The notes below the pieces were generated by a model, which was not told the origin of the DNA, did not search any database, and worked only from the letters and a program-made list of their open reading frames with translations. A program made the position numbers and the translations under genes. Below, piece after piece: positions 34,403 through 46,831 of a stretch of DNA of 64,000 nucleotides (positions within the stretch are counted from its first letter, which is position 1; each line of letters begins with the position of its first letter). This DNA is from a virus. The stretch lies in the IMG/VR virus record IMGVR_UViG_3300005836_000015; one strand, 5' to 3'.

Positions 34403-34791
34403 TGCCTCACTCGGTTGCTAGCAAGGCCCATCTCGCTGCGGCGCTTTTGCAGCGCTACCAGCAGCTTCACAACGACGCCGAGAAATCCTCCACCATTTCG
34501 ATGCTGAACGAGGTGTTTCCGAACATCCGGTTCCGGCACCGGAACGAAGAAGGGCTCATGGTTTTCTACCTTCAGGGTGCCACTACCTACAAGAGGCTTC
34601 CGAAGGTAGTGACCCATGTCGCAGGGGTCATTGTCGAGGTTCGGTCCGATGGTCAGGGGGAGGTCCTGAGGGATCGCATCTATGGACCAGGGCTTCTCTT
34701 CGATGCGACCGAGCTCCTGGTCGAGCTTGGCGGTGAAGTTCCTCGGAAATCCCGCTGGGAAATCCTGGGCGCCGAAGAGGACTGGATCTAG
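34402..34791 (+). CDS. hypothetical protein
   Basis: TGATG coupling to upstream gene; 129 aa. Confidence 0.6.
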   Translation: MPHSVASKAHLAAALLQRYQQLHNDAEKSSTISMLNEVFPNIRFRHRNEEGLMVFYLQGATTYKRLPKVVTHVAGVIVEVRSDGQGEVLRDRIYGPGLLFDATELLVELGGEVPRKSRWEILGAEEDWI

Positions 34792-34981
34792 TCGTCGGTC
34801 TGGTGTATGGTGGCTCCTGAGGCATCGCGCCCCCTGGGGCTTGGATCCTCGTAACAGCGAACCGCACCTTCGGGTTTGGGGACGCTGCGGACATCGAACC
34901 CGGAACGCCAACGGTTTGGGGATCTCGTCCGGATCCCGCGCTGACGGCAATCCCCTCGACTGTTTTACGGAGGATCTCACC

Positions 34982-36571
34982 ATGGAGATTCTTGCGCGTT
35001 TCACTCACGAAAACCTCGACCACACCCAGGACAACAAGGTCCACTTCGTCGTCAGCCTGAAGGCGCCGACGCTCGACTGGATGCAGAAGCGGCCGAAGCT
35101 CTGCGTCCTCCCGGTCATCGACCTCTCGGGTTCGATGCAGGGCGACAAGCTCCGGTACGCTCAGGCGAGCATGCTGAAGCTCGTCGACCAGCTCGCCGAC
35201 GGGGATTTCGCCGGTCTGGTTGCATTCGAGAGCCGGGTCCACGTGCTCGTCAAGCCGGGTCCCGTGACGGCCGACCTCAAGGACCGGCTCAAGGCGGCCA
35301 TCAACAAGCTCCACATCATGGGCGGGACGAACTTCGCCGAAGGCATGATGAAGGCGGTCAAGGAGGTTCAGCAGCTCGACTTGCCGAACGCCTTCCTGAA
35401 GCGGGTCATCATGTTCACGGATGGTCAGCCGACCGAGGGCGTGACCGACTCGAAGGTCATCCTCAAGATGCTCGACTCCAACCGGGGGAGCGTGACCGTC
35501 AGCTCCTTCGGCTATGGGGACCCGGCCGGCGGGACCTACAACGGTTGCGATCAGGACTTCCTCCTGAAGTTCTCCGAGCTCGGGAAGGGCAACTACGCCT
35601 ACGTCAAGAACCCCGACGATGCCCTGGCGGCGTTCGGCAAGGAGCTCGGCGGGCTCCTGAGCACCTACGCCACGGACCTCGAGATCGAGGTCGAACCGGT
35701 CAACGGGCACATCCTCGAGAAGCTCGTCTCGAACGTCGAGCACACGAAGGACGACACCGTAGGGACTTTCGAGGTCCCCTTCTCGGACATCCTCTGCGAA
35801 GAGACCCGTCACTTCGTCTTCGAGACGAAGCTCTCGAAGCAGCACAAGGTGTTCCCTCGGGAGACGACGGCCTTCAACGTCAAGCTCACCTACTCGGTCC
35901 TCACGGAAGACGGGAAGAAGGAGGCCAAGACGTTGGAGGAGAAGGCCCGGGTTCGGTTCGTCCGCCCGGCGGATGCCCAGAAGGAGCCGAACGCCGAGGT
36001 GATGGAGATCGTGAACCTCCACCGGGTGATCCGGGCTCAGCTCGAGGCCGAGGAGAAGGCGAAGAAGGGCCGGTATGAGGAAGCCGCCGCCCACATGAAC
36101 GACATCGCCGAAGAGGTCAAGACGAGCGGCGGGGTCCGGGGACGGAGGCTCGCTGCCGCAGCCATGAACGTCAGCCACCGGCTCGGCGATGCACACGTCT
36201 ACGCCAACAGCCAGGGCTATCTCCGGAGCTTCGCAGCCGGCGGGACTCGGGGCTACGGAGCGTCCGCCATGGACGAGGAAGCTGGGGCCGACCTCTTGGC
36301 TTGCAACGTCTCGCTCAGCAACAGCAGCCAGGAAGCCTACACGAGCGTCTTCACGGGCAGTGAGAACCTGAACATCGTGACCCACCAGCCGAGCCTCGTG
36401 GACCTCGTTCGACCGAGCTTGGCGGTTCCTCCGGCAGCCTCGAACCTGGTCCTCGAGCCCGGGGCCCTCAACGCTCTCTGGGGGGAGGCGGCTGCTCAAC
36501 AGACTCCGGCCTCGCCGGAAATCTCTCCCATCTCTTGGGTGGGAGGAAACGAAACGAACAAGTCAGGCTGA
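34982..36571 (+). CDS. vWA domain protein
   Basis: VIDLSGSMQG.K, GGTNF..G, IMFTDGQPT, GKGNYAYV; GGAGG RBS. Confidence 0.92.
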   Translation: MEILARFTHENLDHTQDNKVHFVVSLKAPTLDWMQKRPKLCVLPVIDLSGSMQGDKLRYAQASMLKLVDQLADGDFAGLVAFESRVHVLVKPGPVTADLKDRLKAAINKLHIMGGTNFAEGMMKAVKEVQQLDLPNAFLKRVIMFTDGQPTEGVTDSKVILKMLDSNRGSVTVSSFGYGDPAGGTYNGCDQDFLLKFSELGKGNYAYVKNPDDALAAFGKELGGLLSTYATDLEIEVEPVNGHILEKLVSNVEHTKDDTVGTFEVPFSDILCEETRHFVFETKLSKQHKVFPRETTAFNVKLTYSVLTEDGKKEAKTLEEKARVRFVRPADAQKEPNAEVMEIVNLHRVIRAQLEAEEKAKKGRYEEAAAHMNDIAEEVKTSGGVRGRRLAAAAMNVSHRLGDAHVYANSQGYLRSFAAGGTRGYGASAMDEEAGADLLACNVSLSNSSQEAYTSVFTGSENLNIVTHQPSLVDLVRPSLAVPPAASNLVLEPGALNALWGEAAAQQTPASPEISPISWVGGNETNKSG

Positions 36572-36639
36572 AAATCCTGTCAGGTGAGGGTGTTTCACGG
36601 GAAACACCCTCAGCTCGGCTTTGGCAGGGCCGAGCACCT

Positions 36640-36725
36640 GGAGGGTGCCGCCCGTTGGTGGGCAGCGAGCTTTGAACACTCGTGGGCACCGAAAGGTGTG
36701 GGGTTCGACTCCTCCGCCCTCCGCC
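36640..36725 (+). tRNA. tRNA-Ser(TGA)
   Basis: CGAG-C-TT-TGA-AC-A-CTCG, long variable arm, G73. Confidence 0.9.
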
Positions 36726-36741
36726 GGTGTATCGGATCCCC

Positions 36742-37032
36742 ATGTCTGGGGACATCCGCTTCGCCAACATCAGCATCGTCAGCATCTCGGATGATCTGAT
36801 CGCCCGGGTTGCTCGTCGGACAAGACGGTCCATCGATGAGGTTCGTGCCTACCTCAAGACGGACCAGCAGGATGACGAGCTCCTTCGGGCGTTCTTGTTC
36901 TTTGGGGTCGGACCCAGGAACAAGCGGTTCACCAGGACCGAAATCGAGGTGCTGTTGGCCGACGAGTCTGGGCGCGAGCCCCTCGGCTACAGGATCTTCA
37001 CAAATCGCAAGGACTTCGAGAGCAACAGGTAA
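36742..37032 (+). CDS. hypothetical protein
   Basis: 96 aa; CCGGTGTA at 36724. Confidence 0.55.
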   Translation: MSGDIRFANISIVSISDDLIARVARRTRRSIDEVRAYLKTDQQDDELLRAFLFFGVGPRNKRFTRTEIEVLLADESGREPLGYRIFTNRKDFESNR

Positions 37033-37036
37033 CGTC

Positions 37037-38443
37037 ATGTCCCTCAAGTACGCTGCGTCGAAGGTCGAAGAAGGTCACTACGTCCTGCCGAAGGTCGGGA
37101 CGATGAAGGTCGAGGCTCACGCCTTCCTCTCGGACGAGCTGTACGCCTCTTCCGAGGAGAACTTCTGGGATCAGCTCTCCAACGGGGCGAGTTACGAGGG
37201 CATCATCGGCGCCTATGCCATGCCCGATTGCCACGTCGGGTTCGGTGTCCCGGTCGGGGTCGTCCTGGTGACCGAAGACACGATCATCCAGGCGGGGAGC
37301 GGCTACGACATCTCCTGCGGGGTGATCTACATGAAGGTCCCGGGTCTGACGGCGACAGGAATCAAGAGCTGGTACAAGCGTGAGACCTGGGTCCGTGAGG
37401 TCGAGAAGCGGATCGCTACGGGAATGGGCTCGGAACGGCCGAGCCTCATGCCGAAGTTCAAGTCCGGGCAGGCCGACGAGATCCTTCGCCATGGGGCCAA
37501 GGCCCTCGGCGTTTCGGCCGACCTTTGCGAGCGCCAGTACATCCCGGTGCCCGAGGGCATGGATTTCAAGAAAATCGACAAGGCATACGACAAGGTGATC
37601 CCGCAGCTCGGCTCGGTCGGCGGGGGCAACCACTTCGTCGAGATGCAGGTCGACGAGAAGACCGGTGAGGTCTACGTCATGGTCCACTGCGGCAGCCGAG
37701 GCTACGGCTGGCAGACGGCGAACCACTTCTTCTTCGAAGGGGCGAAACTCCGGGGACTCCCGTCGAACCGCCGGGAAGACTCCTGGCTCCGGATCGACGA
37801 GCCTCTCGGAAAGGAGTACTGGGCCTACCACAACTCCGCTGCGAACTTCGCCGTCGCCAACCGCCACATCATCGTTCGCGGCATCCAAGAGGCCCTGGAA
37901 AAGGTTTTCAGCGTTCAGGGCGAGGTCTACTACGAGATCAGCCACAATCTCGTCCAGGAGGAAACGCTGGTCCTTCCAGATGGGACATCCAAGAAGGGCT
38001 TCGTCCACCGGAAGGGAGCGACGAGGGCCTTCCCGGCGGGGCATCCCGACCTCAAGGGGACCGTCTGGGAGAAGACCGGGCATCCGTGTCTCATCCCGGG
38101 GTCGATGTACCACGGGGCGGCCATCCTCTTCGCCGGAGAGAATGCCTACAAGTCCGCCTGCTCGGTCAACCACGGGTCGGGTCGGATCATGGCTCGGGGT
38201 GCCGCCAAGAAGAAGCTGGGCCACAAGCAGGCCGAGATCGACGGCGAGATGAAGGAGGTCCAGCGTGAGCTGGGCGGCGTTCGGGTCGATGGCATCGTGG
38301 GCAACCACAAGCACACGCCCCTCGACGAGTGCGCTCATGTCTACAAGGACCTGGACGAGGTGCTCGGTGTACTGGAGTCGACGGGCATTGCCCGGGTGGC
38401 CCATCGCCTCTGGCCCGTGGCCAACCTGAAGGGAACCGAATGA
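37037..38443 (+). CDS. rtcB: RNA ligase RtcB
   Basis: MPDCHVGFGVPVG, GYDISCG, GSVGGGNHFVE, HCGSRG, HRKGAT, IPGSM, HGSGR. Confidence 0.96.
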   Translation: MSLKYAASKVEEGHYVLPKVGTMKVEAHAFLSDELYASSEENFWDQLSNGASYEGIIGAYAMPDCHVGFGVPVGVVLVTEDTIIQAGSGYDISCGVIYMKVPGLTATGIKSWYKRETWVREVEKRIATGMGSERPSLMPKFKSGQADEILRHGAKALGVSADLCERQYIPVPEGMDFKKIDKAYDKVIPQLGSVGGGNHFVEMQVDEKTGEVYVMVHCGSRGYGWQTANHFFFEGAKLRGLPSNRREDSWLRIDEPLGKEYWAYHNSAANFAVANRHIIVRGIQEALEKVFSVQGEVYYEISHNLVQEETLVLPDGTSKKGFVHRKGATRAFPAGHPDLKGTVWEKTGHPCLIPGSMYHGAAILFAGENAYKSACSVNHGSGRIMARGAAKKKLGHKQAEIDGEMKEVQRELGGVRVDGIVGNHKHTPLDECAHVYKDLDEVLGVLESTGIARVAHRLWPVANLKGTE

Positions 38444-38542
38444 TCGACTTGCACGCCGAGCTGCCCATCGAGCAGCTCAAGCTCGACTTCACGCCGGGTG
38501 AGCTGTTCCAGAAGTTCTACACGACCGAGGAGCTCGACGACC

Positions 38543-38881
38543 GTGAGTGACACCCCCGCCGAGATCCCGTTCAGTGACTTCGAGAAGGTGGACCTTCGCC
38601 TTGGTACCGTGAAGGCGGCCGAACGTGTGCCCGACACCGACAAGCTCATCAAGATGCAGGTGAGCTTCGGGAGCTTCGAGCGGCAGATCGTGGCCGGCGT
38701 CGGAAAGAGCTTCACTCCCGAGGGTCTCGTCGGAGCACAGTTTCTTTTCGTGGTGAATCTCGCTCCGAAAAAGCTTCGGGGGGTCGAGTCCCACGGGATG
38801 ATGCTCGCTGCGAGCAGCGAAGGCACCCTGGCTCTCGTCCGGCCCATGTCGGCCGTCGCGGATGGGACGCCCGTCGGATGA
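38543..38881 (+). CDS. tRNA-binding OB-fold protein (Trbp111/CsaA/MetRS C-terminal family)
   Basis: [38 protein letters not shown]. Confidence 0.92.
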   Translation: MSDTPAEIPFSDFEKVDLRLGTVKAAERVPDTDKLIKMQVSFGSFERQIVAGVGKSFTPEGLVGAQFLFVVNLAPKKLRGVESHGMMLAASSEGTLALVRPMSAVADGTPVG

Positions 38882-39432
38882 TCGAGGTCTACGTCAGCAC
38901 CGACATCGAGAGCGACGGCCCGATCCCGGGTCCGAATTCGATGCTCAGCTTCGGGTCGGCCGCCTTCACTCTCGAGAAGGGGTGCATCGGCACTTTCTCG
39001 GCGAATCTCGTACAGCTTCCGGAAGCCAAACCGGATCCGATCACGATGCGGGAGTTCTGGGACAAGAATCCCGAGGCATGGGCCGCTTGTCGGCTCGACC
39101 CCAAGGATCCGGCTGAGACGATGTGTGAGTACGTCGCCTGGGTGAACAAGCTGCCCGGGCGTCCGGTCTTCGTTGGGTACCCGGCGACGTTCGACTTCCT
39201 CTTCGTCTACTGGTACATCCGGCGCTTCGGCCTCGAAAGCCCCTTCTCGTTCTCGGCCCTCGATATCAAGAGCTACGTGATGTCGATGCTGAAGACGTCC
39301 TTCAGGGAGTCGACGAAGAGGAACATGCCGAAGAGGTGGTTCTCGGAATCTCCCCACACGCATGTCGCTGTCGACGATGCGATCGAGCAGGGGGAGTTCT
39401 TCATGAACATCTTGCGCGAGAACCTCGGATAG
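38878..39432 (+). CDS. DEDDh 3'-5' exoribonuclease (RNase AS-like)
   Basis: [29 protein letters not shown]. Confidence 0.88.
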   Translation: MIEVYVSTDIESDGPIPGPNSMLSFGSAAFTLEKGCIGTFSANLVQLPEAKPDPITMREFWDKNPEAWAACRLDPKDPAETMCEYVAWVNKLPGRPVFVGYPATFDFLFVYWYIRRFGLESPFSFSALDIKSYVMSMLKTSFRESTKRNMPKRWFSESPHTHVAVDDAIEQGEFFMNILRENLG

Positions 39433-39446
39433 GGGAACCTCGGACC

Positions 39447-39848
39447 ATGCCGACGATCGAAGAGATGACGGCGTGGTCCTCCGACGACATCGTAGCCGCC
39501 ATCAGCGTGAGCCTCCCCCCGGGGGTTCAGTTCGATTATGGCTACGATCGGGATGCCGGAACGTGGTTCATCCGTTTCTGGCAGGTCAAGGACAGCAAGA
39601 AGGAGGTCCTCTACGAGGATTGGGGGTGGGAGCAACGGATCACGTACCTCAACGGGTACGGCTGGGTCTGGGCTCGACAGAGGCCGCCCCCTCCGTCGAT
39701 ATCGCCGTGGAAGCCTCGTCAACGTGAGGTGACACCTCAGGCGGTTCAGCGAAGGGCTCACGCTCGTGTGCCCGATCCGGAGGACCTGGATCCGAATGAG
39801 ATCAAGGCGGTGTATGACCGCTACCGCGAGCAACCCAAAAAGAGGTAG
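39447..39848 (+). CDS. hypothetical protein
   Basis: 133 aa from MPTIEE. Confidence 0.65.
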   Translation: MPTIEEMTAWSSDDIVAAISVSLPPGVQFDYGYDRDAGTWFIRFWQVKDSKKEVLYEDWGWEQRITYLNGYGWVWARQRPPPPSISPWKPRQREVTPQAVQRRAHARVPDPEDLDPNEIKAVYDRYREQPKKR

Positions 39849-41695
<1,847 letters not shown>

Positions 41696-41719
41696 GGTAT
41701 TTGTCCCGCTGCTCCTGCG

Positions 41720-42112
41720 GTGGACAACAGGCTCTTCTACGTCGACGGCCGCCGAATCGTCAGGCTACGCAAGGAGGACCTGCCAGAACTGGCTCGGGCT
41801 CTCATCGCGGTCATCCGCAAACGGGCCCGAGCCGGTGTAGCACGCGTCAAGAACGTGGACTACATCGAGATGGTCGGGCCGGACACCCATGTCTTCGTTC
41901 TTCGCAGCGACTGGGAACGGATCTACCCTTTCGTTCAGGACGAGTCCCTCAACACCCTCGTCGCTCCGGCTGAACCCCCAGGTCGTTACTCCGACCCCCA
42001 GGTCGCCTACAGCGAGCCCATCCTGGATCGAGCCGACCGAAAACTCTATGATCGGATTCTGGGGATCCTCCTCGGACTCTTTACCGAAGAGTTCCCGACG
42101 AGGCCCTACTGA
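41720..42112 (+). CDS. hypothetical protein
   Basis: 130-aa ORF. Confidence 0.6.
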   Translation: MDNRLFYVDGRRIVRLRKEDLPELARALIAVIRKRARAGVARVKNVDYIEMVGPDTHVFVLRSDWERIYPFVQDESLNTLVAPAEPPGRYSDPQVAYSEPILDRADRKLYDRILGILLGLFTEEFPTRPY

Positions 42113-42120
42113 AAGAGGAG

Positions 42121-42336
42121 ATGTACATGCCCGTCGATCCTGCTGGTACGACCCCTGGTTTGACTCCTGGTGCAGCCCCTGAAGAGAAGATCCACATGCG
42201 CTGTCGTTCGGGCAAGTGCGACTCGATGACCGCTGTGATCATGAAGATCCCGGGACAGGAGGCCATCCGGATGTACCGTTGCACGGCTTGCAATCACACG
42301 TGGGGGATCAACATCGGGGGTCCCGTCAATCTTTGA
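42121..42336 (+). CDS. small Zn-ribbon protein
   Basis: CRSGKC...CTAC; GAGGAG RBS. Confidence 0.65.
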   Translation: MYMPVDPAGTTPGLTPGAAPEEKIHMRCRSGKCDSMTAVIMKIPGQEAIRMYRCTACNHTWGINIGGPVNL

Positions 42337-42348
42337 AAGGATGAACCC

Positions 42349-42654
42349 ATGCGGCGGATTGGTCTTGCAGTTGTCGGCATTTCGCTCGTAACGGCGGCTA
42401 CGGCCCTTGCTAGCGAGGTGCTGCTCTCCGGATCGGGGGACAGCGGGTGGGCTTCCTCGGAGCACTACGCCCAGGAGTTCGCTCGGTTCAATGCGAAGAA
42501 CGAGGCCCGAAACAAGTGCAACAGCCGACACGGAGTGGTGGTCGACTGGATCGACAACGACAACTACTACTGCACCACGCGGGAGTTGATGAACGGCTAC
42601 AGCACCACTCGATGCACGCACACGATCGACGTGATGTGTAGGGTGCGTCCTTGA
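42349..42654 (+). CDS. small secreted Cys-containing protein
   Basis: N-terminal signal peptide MRRIGLAVVGISLVTAATALA; four Cys. Confidence 0.65.
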   Translation: MRRIGLAVVGISLVTAATALASEVLLSGSGDSGWASSEHYAQEFARFNAKNEARNKCNSRHGVVVDWIDNDNYYCTTRELMNGYSTTRCTHTIDVMCRVRP

Positions 42655-42747
42655 GTTGTGGGACGAGCGTCTGACAAGGACGTTTGCTCGATTTGCGGCG
42701 ATTGACGACTCCCTTTATCAGCACAGCCTTCTGCGCCCGTTGAAGCC

Positions 42748-42972
42748 ATGACCGACGAACGAAGCGACCACGACCGGAGCATGATGCGTTGCCTGCGGTG
42801 TAAGGGCACCGGGCTCATGCGGAGCGGTCGTGAGCCCCATCGTTTGATCTGCCGTGACTGCGGACAAAACTTCCTGGCAGTCATGCAGCTCGTCCCCGTA
42901 GCTCCGGCTTCGGCAGACCGCCCGCTGTTGGAGGAGGCCCACGTTGTTGACCGAGGTACGGGAGCAGGCTGA
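42748..42972 (+). CDS. small Zn-finger protein
   Basis: CLRC...CRDC. Confidence 0.6.
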   Translation: MTDERSDHDRSMMRCLRCKGTGLMRSGREPHRLICRDCGQNFLAVMQLVPVAPASADRPLLEEAHVVDRGTGAG

Positions 42973-43906
42973 TGGCGTACGGTTTCTTCAGCGAGTCATC
43001 GAAGGCCAGTACACGAGCCCCCTGCTGCTCGTAGGTCCGGAGGGTGTCGGCCGTCGATTTTCGATCACGCAAGCGGCTCGAGAGGCGTTTTCAAAGGGAG
43101 CTCCCGACAGTATCCACAGCCTCCAGATCGATCGCGGTGTACACCCCGACTTCATGGTCGTCCAATCGCAGGACCAGAAGAGCTTGGGGATCGAGCTCGT
43201 TCGAGGCATCATCGAGCAGGCCAGCTTCATCCCGATGATGTCCGACCGTCGCTTCATCGTTGTCGATGGGGCCGACGAGATGACGGTCGAGGCAGCCAAT
43301 GCCTTCTTGAAGGTGCTCGAGGAGCCCCACGAAAGCACCCAGTTCTTCCTGTTGTCGCAGTCGGTCCAGGGGGTGCTCCCGACGATTCGATCCCGGTGTG
43401 GACTCGTCCACTACCGACCCCTAAGCGAGGGGTTCGTGGTTCACCAGCTCATGCAGCACACGAGCGACGGGACTAAAGCACTTGTCTACGCTCGTCTTGC
43501 AGAGGGCTCGGTAGGCCGGGCCCTCCAATACCTCGGTTCCGGGCGGCTCGTGCTACGAGACAGCATGGTGAACCTTCTGCGGAAGGGGCTCACACGCGAT
43601 CTTGCGTCCATTTTTGCTGGTGTGAACGCTATCGCCGGAGCGGCGGTGAAGGGAGCCTCGGGGCTCAAGCTCGGTCTTCATTTTCTCGACCATGTTCTTC
43701 GCGACCTCGCCATGATCCCTCACGACCCGAGCATGCTGACGAACCTCGACATCGTGGAGGACCTCACCCAACTGCGAGGGCAAATCGGGGAACGACGCCT
43801 GGAGAAACTCCTGACCAACATCAAGGAGATCCGCCGTCGGCAAGATGCCCCCATCAACCTCGGGTTCCACGTCAAGACCTACCTGGCGACCGCCTTTTCG
43901 GAGTGA
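42944..43906 (+). CDS. holB: DNA polymerase III delta-prime subunit-like
   Basis: LLVGPEGVGR, HPDF, IVVDGADEMTVEAANAFLKVLEEP, LPTIRSRC. Confidence 0.93.
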   Translation: MLTEVREQADGVRFLQRVIEGQYTSPLLLVGPEGVGRRFSITQAAREAFSKGAPDSIHSLQIDRGVHPDFMVVQSQDQKSLGIELVRGIIEQASFIPMMSDRRFIVVDGADEMTVEAANAFLKVLEEPHESTQFFLLSQSVQGVLPTIRSRCGLVHYRPLSEGFVVHQLMQHTSDGTKALVYARLAEGSVGRALQYLGSGRLVLRDSMVNLLRKGLTRDLASIFAGVNAIAGAAVKGASGLKLGLHFLDHVLRDLAMIPHDPSMLTNLDIVEDLTQLRGQIGERRLEKLLTNIKEIRRRQDAPINLGFHVKTYLATAFSE

Positions 43907-43912
43907 TGCGTC

Positions 43913-44881
43913 GTGGCAGGTACCAAGCATTCAGGGCCCTTTGTTGTTGCGTACGGAGAAGAGGACTTTCTCCTCGATCGCATCATCGCCCTCGGGCGTT
44001 CCTGGAAAGATCGTCAGGTCACCCAGCTCAACGGTGACGATGGCCTGACCGACTACGAGGTCGTCTCGTATTGCGAGCAGGACTCCTTCGATAGTCAGAA
44101 GAAGAGGGTCGTTGTTCTCGACTATGCCAACAAGGTCAAGGGGGACAAGGCTCTCACGACCTACGTCGAGGACAAGAAGCTGGAGGATGACCGCGTTGTA
44201 CTTGTAGCGGTCATCCGATCCGAGAAGCTGCCCAAGGTGTGGCAGATGGCGGCTGCGAAGGGCCGCATGGAGTACTACAAGAAGCTCCGGCCTTGGGAGA
44301 CTCAACCGCTCAAGGAGCGCATCGAGAACGAAGGCAAGCGGCTCAAGCTCAAGCTCGACAACGAGCTGATCGACGCTTGTGTGCTGTACTTCGGTGACAA
44401 CCTGCGTCGTATCGCCAACGAACTTCGTAAGCTATCGCTCATCTCCAAGGGCGGCCGTGCCACCAAGAAGGACTTCTTGGCCATTGCCGTTCCGAATATC
44501 GAGATCAATCCCTTCGAGATCGCCAAGGTCGCGACGAACAAGGAGTCGAAGAGGGCCCTTCGAATGGCCTCGACTCTCTTCAAGATGAACGGGGATTCGG
44601 CCGCCGTCCCCATCACGGCGGGCCTCGTGAGTCATGTCGAGCAGCTCATCGTGACCCGCCAGTTGCTCGACGGTGGCGTCGAGCAGAAGACGATCGCCGA
44701 GATGTTGGGGGTCCCTCTGTATCCGGTGCAGAAGGACATCATCCCCCGAGCCAAGAAGCACACGGTTCCTGAGCTTCTCACCCAAATGAAAAACCTATGT
44801 AGATTGGATGCCCAGGTCAAAGGGGCTGCTCGGTCCAAACGGACCTTGGTCGAGCTTGCCATCCTATCCATCGCCGCATAG
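43913..44881 (+). CDS. holA: DNA polymerase III delta subunit-like
   Basis: YGEEDFL, GDNLRRIANELRKL, LCRLDAQVKG...LVEL; adjacent to holB. Confidence 0.85.
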   Translation: MAGTKHSGPFVVAYGEEDFLLDRIIALGRSWKDRQVTQLNGDDGLTDYEVVSYCEQDSFDSQKKRVVVLDYANKVKGDKALTTYVEDKKLEDDRVVLVAVIRSEKLPKVWQMAAAKGRMEYYKKLRPWETQPLKERIENEGKRLKLKLDNELIDACVLYFGDNLRRIANELRKLSLISKGGRATKKDFLAIAVPNIEINPFEIAKVATNKESKRALRMASTLFKMNGDSAAVPITAGLVSHVEQLIVTRQLLDGGVEQKTIAEMLGVPLYPVQKDIIPRAKKHTVPELLTQMKNLCRLDAQVKGAARSKRTLVELAILSIAA

Positions 44882-44890
44882 AGGGACCTC

Positions 44891-46831
44891 ATGGAGATTG
44901 TCGAGACCACCCAACCTTCCCCGATTCGCCTTCGTGAAGCGTTCCTGGAGCCGTACCGTAGGAAGGGGGATCCCTTCAAATCGCTCCTTGCCCGCTCGAC
45001 GTACCTCACGAAGTACTGCCGGGGCAATGTCGAGACGTGGACCGACACGATCTGCCGGGTCGTCGAGGGGAACATCGGCCTGGCTCCAGGAGTGACGGAA
45101 GCCGAGGCCGAGCTCCTCTTCCACCTCTTCTGGACCGGGCAAGCGCTTCCTCCGGGACGAGGACTCTGGACGGGCGGCGTTCCGGGGATCCCTGCGGATG
45201 CTCGGTACAACTGCTGGTTCACGACGCTCTACGGCATCGACGACTGGTGCTGGACAGCAAACCAGCTCATGTTGGGTGGAGGTGTCGGCGTCGGCCTGGG
45301 AGACATCGGTTCGTTGCCCTACGTTCGTGGGGACAAGGGTCGGTTCGCCATCTGGTGCCGGCAAGACCACGCCGACTTCAACGAGGTCCACCCCGAGGGC
45401 CCGGAGTTCCTCAACGGTTCGACCCCTGTTTACAGGGTGGCCGACTCTCGTGAGGGATGGGTCGAGGCTCTTCGTCGGGTACTCGTGTCTGCTTTCACAG
45501 GGGAGGATCTGGTCATCGACGTATCGGATATCCGTCCCCGGGGAAGCCTCATCCGTACGTTCGGAGGGATCGCCTGTGGTCCGGGCCCTCTCTCGCACCT
45601 GCTTCGTTCCGCGTGGAACATCATCCGGGGGGCCAAGGGCCGGCGTCTGAGCTCGGTCGAGTGCCTGGACATCACGAACCACATCGGGCTCTGCATCAAG
45701 AGCGGCAACGTTCGCCGTTCTGCCCTCATCGTGCTCGGACAGGCTCACGATCAAGACTTCCGCAACGCCAAGAAGGACTGGGAGGCCGTTCTCAGTCACC
45801 GGCACACGAGCAACAACAGCATCGTGTTCCGGTCCTGGAGCGAGATCGAGAACTTCAACTGGGAGGGCCTCGTCGAGGACAACATCCACTTCGGGGAGCC
45901 GGGCATCCTGAACCTCGCCAAGGTCTGGGAGACGGACCCCAAGGCCAAGGGTGTCAACCCTTGTGGAGAACAAGCCCTGCACGATCGTGAAGCCTGCAAC
46001 CTCGCGGAGGTCTTCCCGGCTCACTTCGAGGCCGAGACCAACCCGTCGGTGGCCTTCCGGCTCGTGACTCGTTACACCCTGCGCCAGAGGCTCACGCCCC
46101 TCTCGGATCCGATGAGCCACGAAGTCGGCCTTCGGAACATGAGGGTGGGCGTCGGGCTCGGCGGGATCTGCGACTTCGACTGGCAGCCGAAGCAGCTCGC
46201 CGAGTGGTTCGGCATCGTTCGCAAGGAGGCCGACGACTACGCCGACGAGCTTCGTGTGAACCAGCCGATCACGGTCACGACGGTCAAGCCGTCCGGGACC
46301 ATCAGTCTTCTCAACGGCTCGAGTCCTGGTATCCACGCCCCTCACGCCCCCTACTACATCCGGCGTACCCGCATCGCCAAGAACGATCCCATGGCGGGAG
46401 CCATGATGGAAGCCGGCGTACCCTTCGAGGAAGATACCTACGACAAGTCGGGACACACGTGGGTCTTCGCCTTCCCAACGAAGGCTCCCCACATGACGAC
46501 CTCGAAGCAAACGGAGACCATCCGGGAGCAGTTCGAGAGGCAGGCAACGGTCCAGGAGTGGTGGGCCGACAACGCGGTGAGTGCGACCCTGAACTTCGAC
46601 CCGGATACCGAGAAGGGTGCTCTGACCGAATGTCTCCGGGAGTTCGTCCCGAAGCTGAAGTCGACCTCATGTCTGCCGAGCCAGCACTCTTACGCCCAGG
46701 CGCCCTACGAAGCGATCGGAGAGGCCGCCTACAACGAGATGATGGTCGGCATCAACCACGATCATCCCCTCGTGAAGGGCGGAGAGATCGAAATCGAAGA
46801 GTGCGCCAGTGGCGCTTGCCCCATCCGCTGA
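44891..46831 (+). CDS. nrdJ: class II (B12-dependent) ribonucleoside-triphosphate reductase
   Basis: LPPGRGLW, NCW, GGGVG, NPCGEQ.L...EACNLAE, TTVKPSGTISL, C-terminal CASGACPIR. Confidence 0.95.
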   Translation: MEIVETTQPSPIRLREAFLEPYRRKGDPFKSLLARSTYLTKYCRGNVETWTDTICRVVEGNIGLAPGVTEAEAELLFHLFWTGQALPPGRGLWTGGVPGIPADARYNCWFTTLYGIDDWCWTANQLMLGGGVGVGLGDIGSLPYVRGDKGRFAIWCRQDHADFNEVHPEGPEFLNGSTPVYRVADSREGWVEALRRVLVSAFTGEDLVIDVSDIRPRGSLIRTFGGIACGPGPLSHLLRSAWNIIRGAKGRRLSSVECLDITNHIGLCIKSGNVRRSALIVLGQAHDQDFRNAKKDWEAVLSHRHTSNNSIVFRSWSEIENFNWEGLVEDNIHFGEPGILNLAKVWETDPKAKGVNPCGEQALHDREACNLAEVFPAHFEAETNPSVAFRLVTRYTLRQRLTPLSDPMSHEVGLRNMRVGVGLGGICDFDWQPKQLAEWFGIVRKEADDYADELRVNQPITVTTVKPSGTISLLNGSSPGIHAPHAPYYIRRTRIAKNDPMAGAMMEAGVPFEEDTYDKSGHTWVFAFPTKAPHMTTSKQTETIREQFERQATVQEWWADNAVSATLNFDPDTEKGALTECLREFVPKLKSTSCLPSQHSYAQAPYEAIGEAAYNEMMVGINHDHPLVKGGEIEIEECASGACPIR

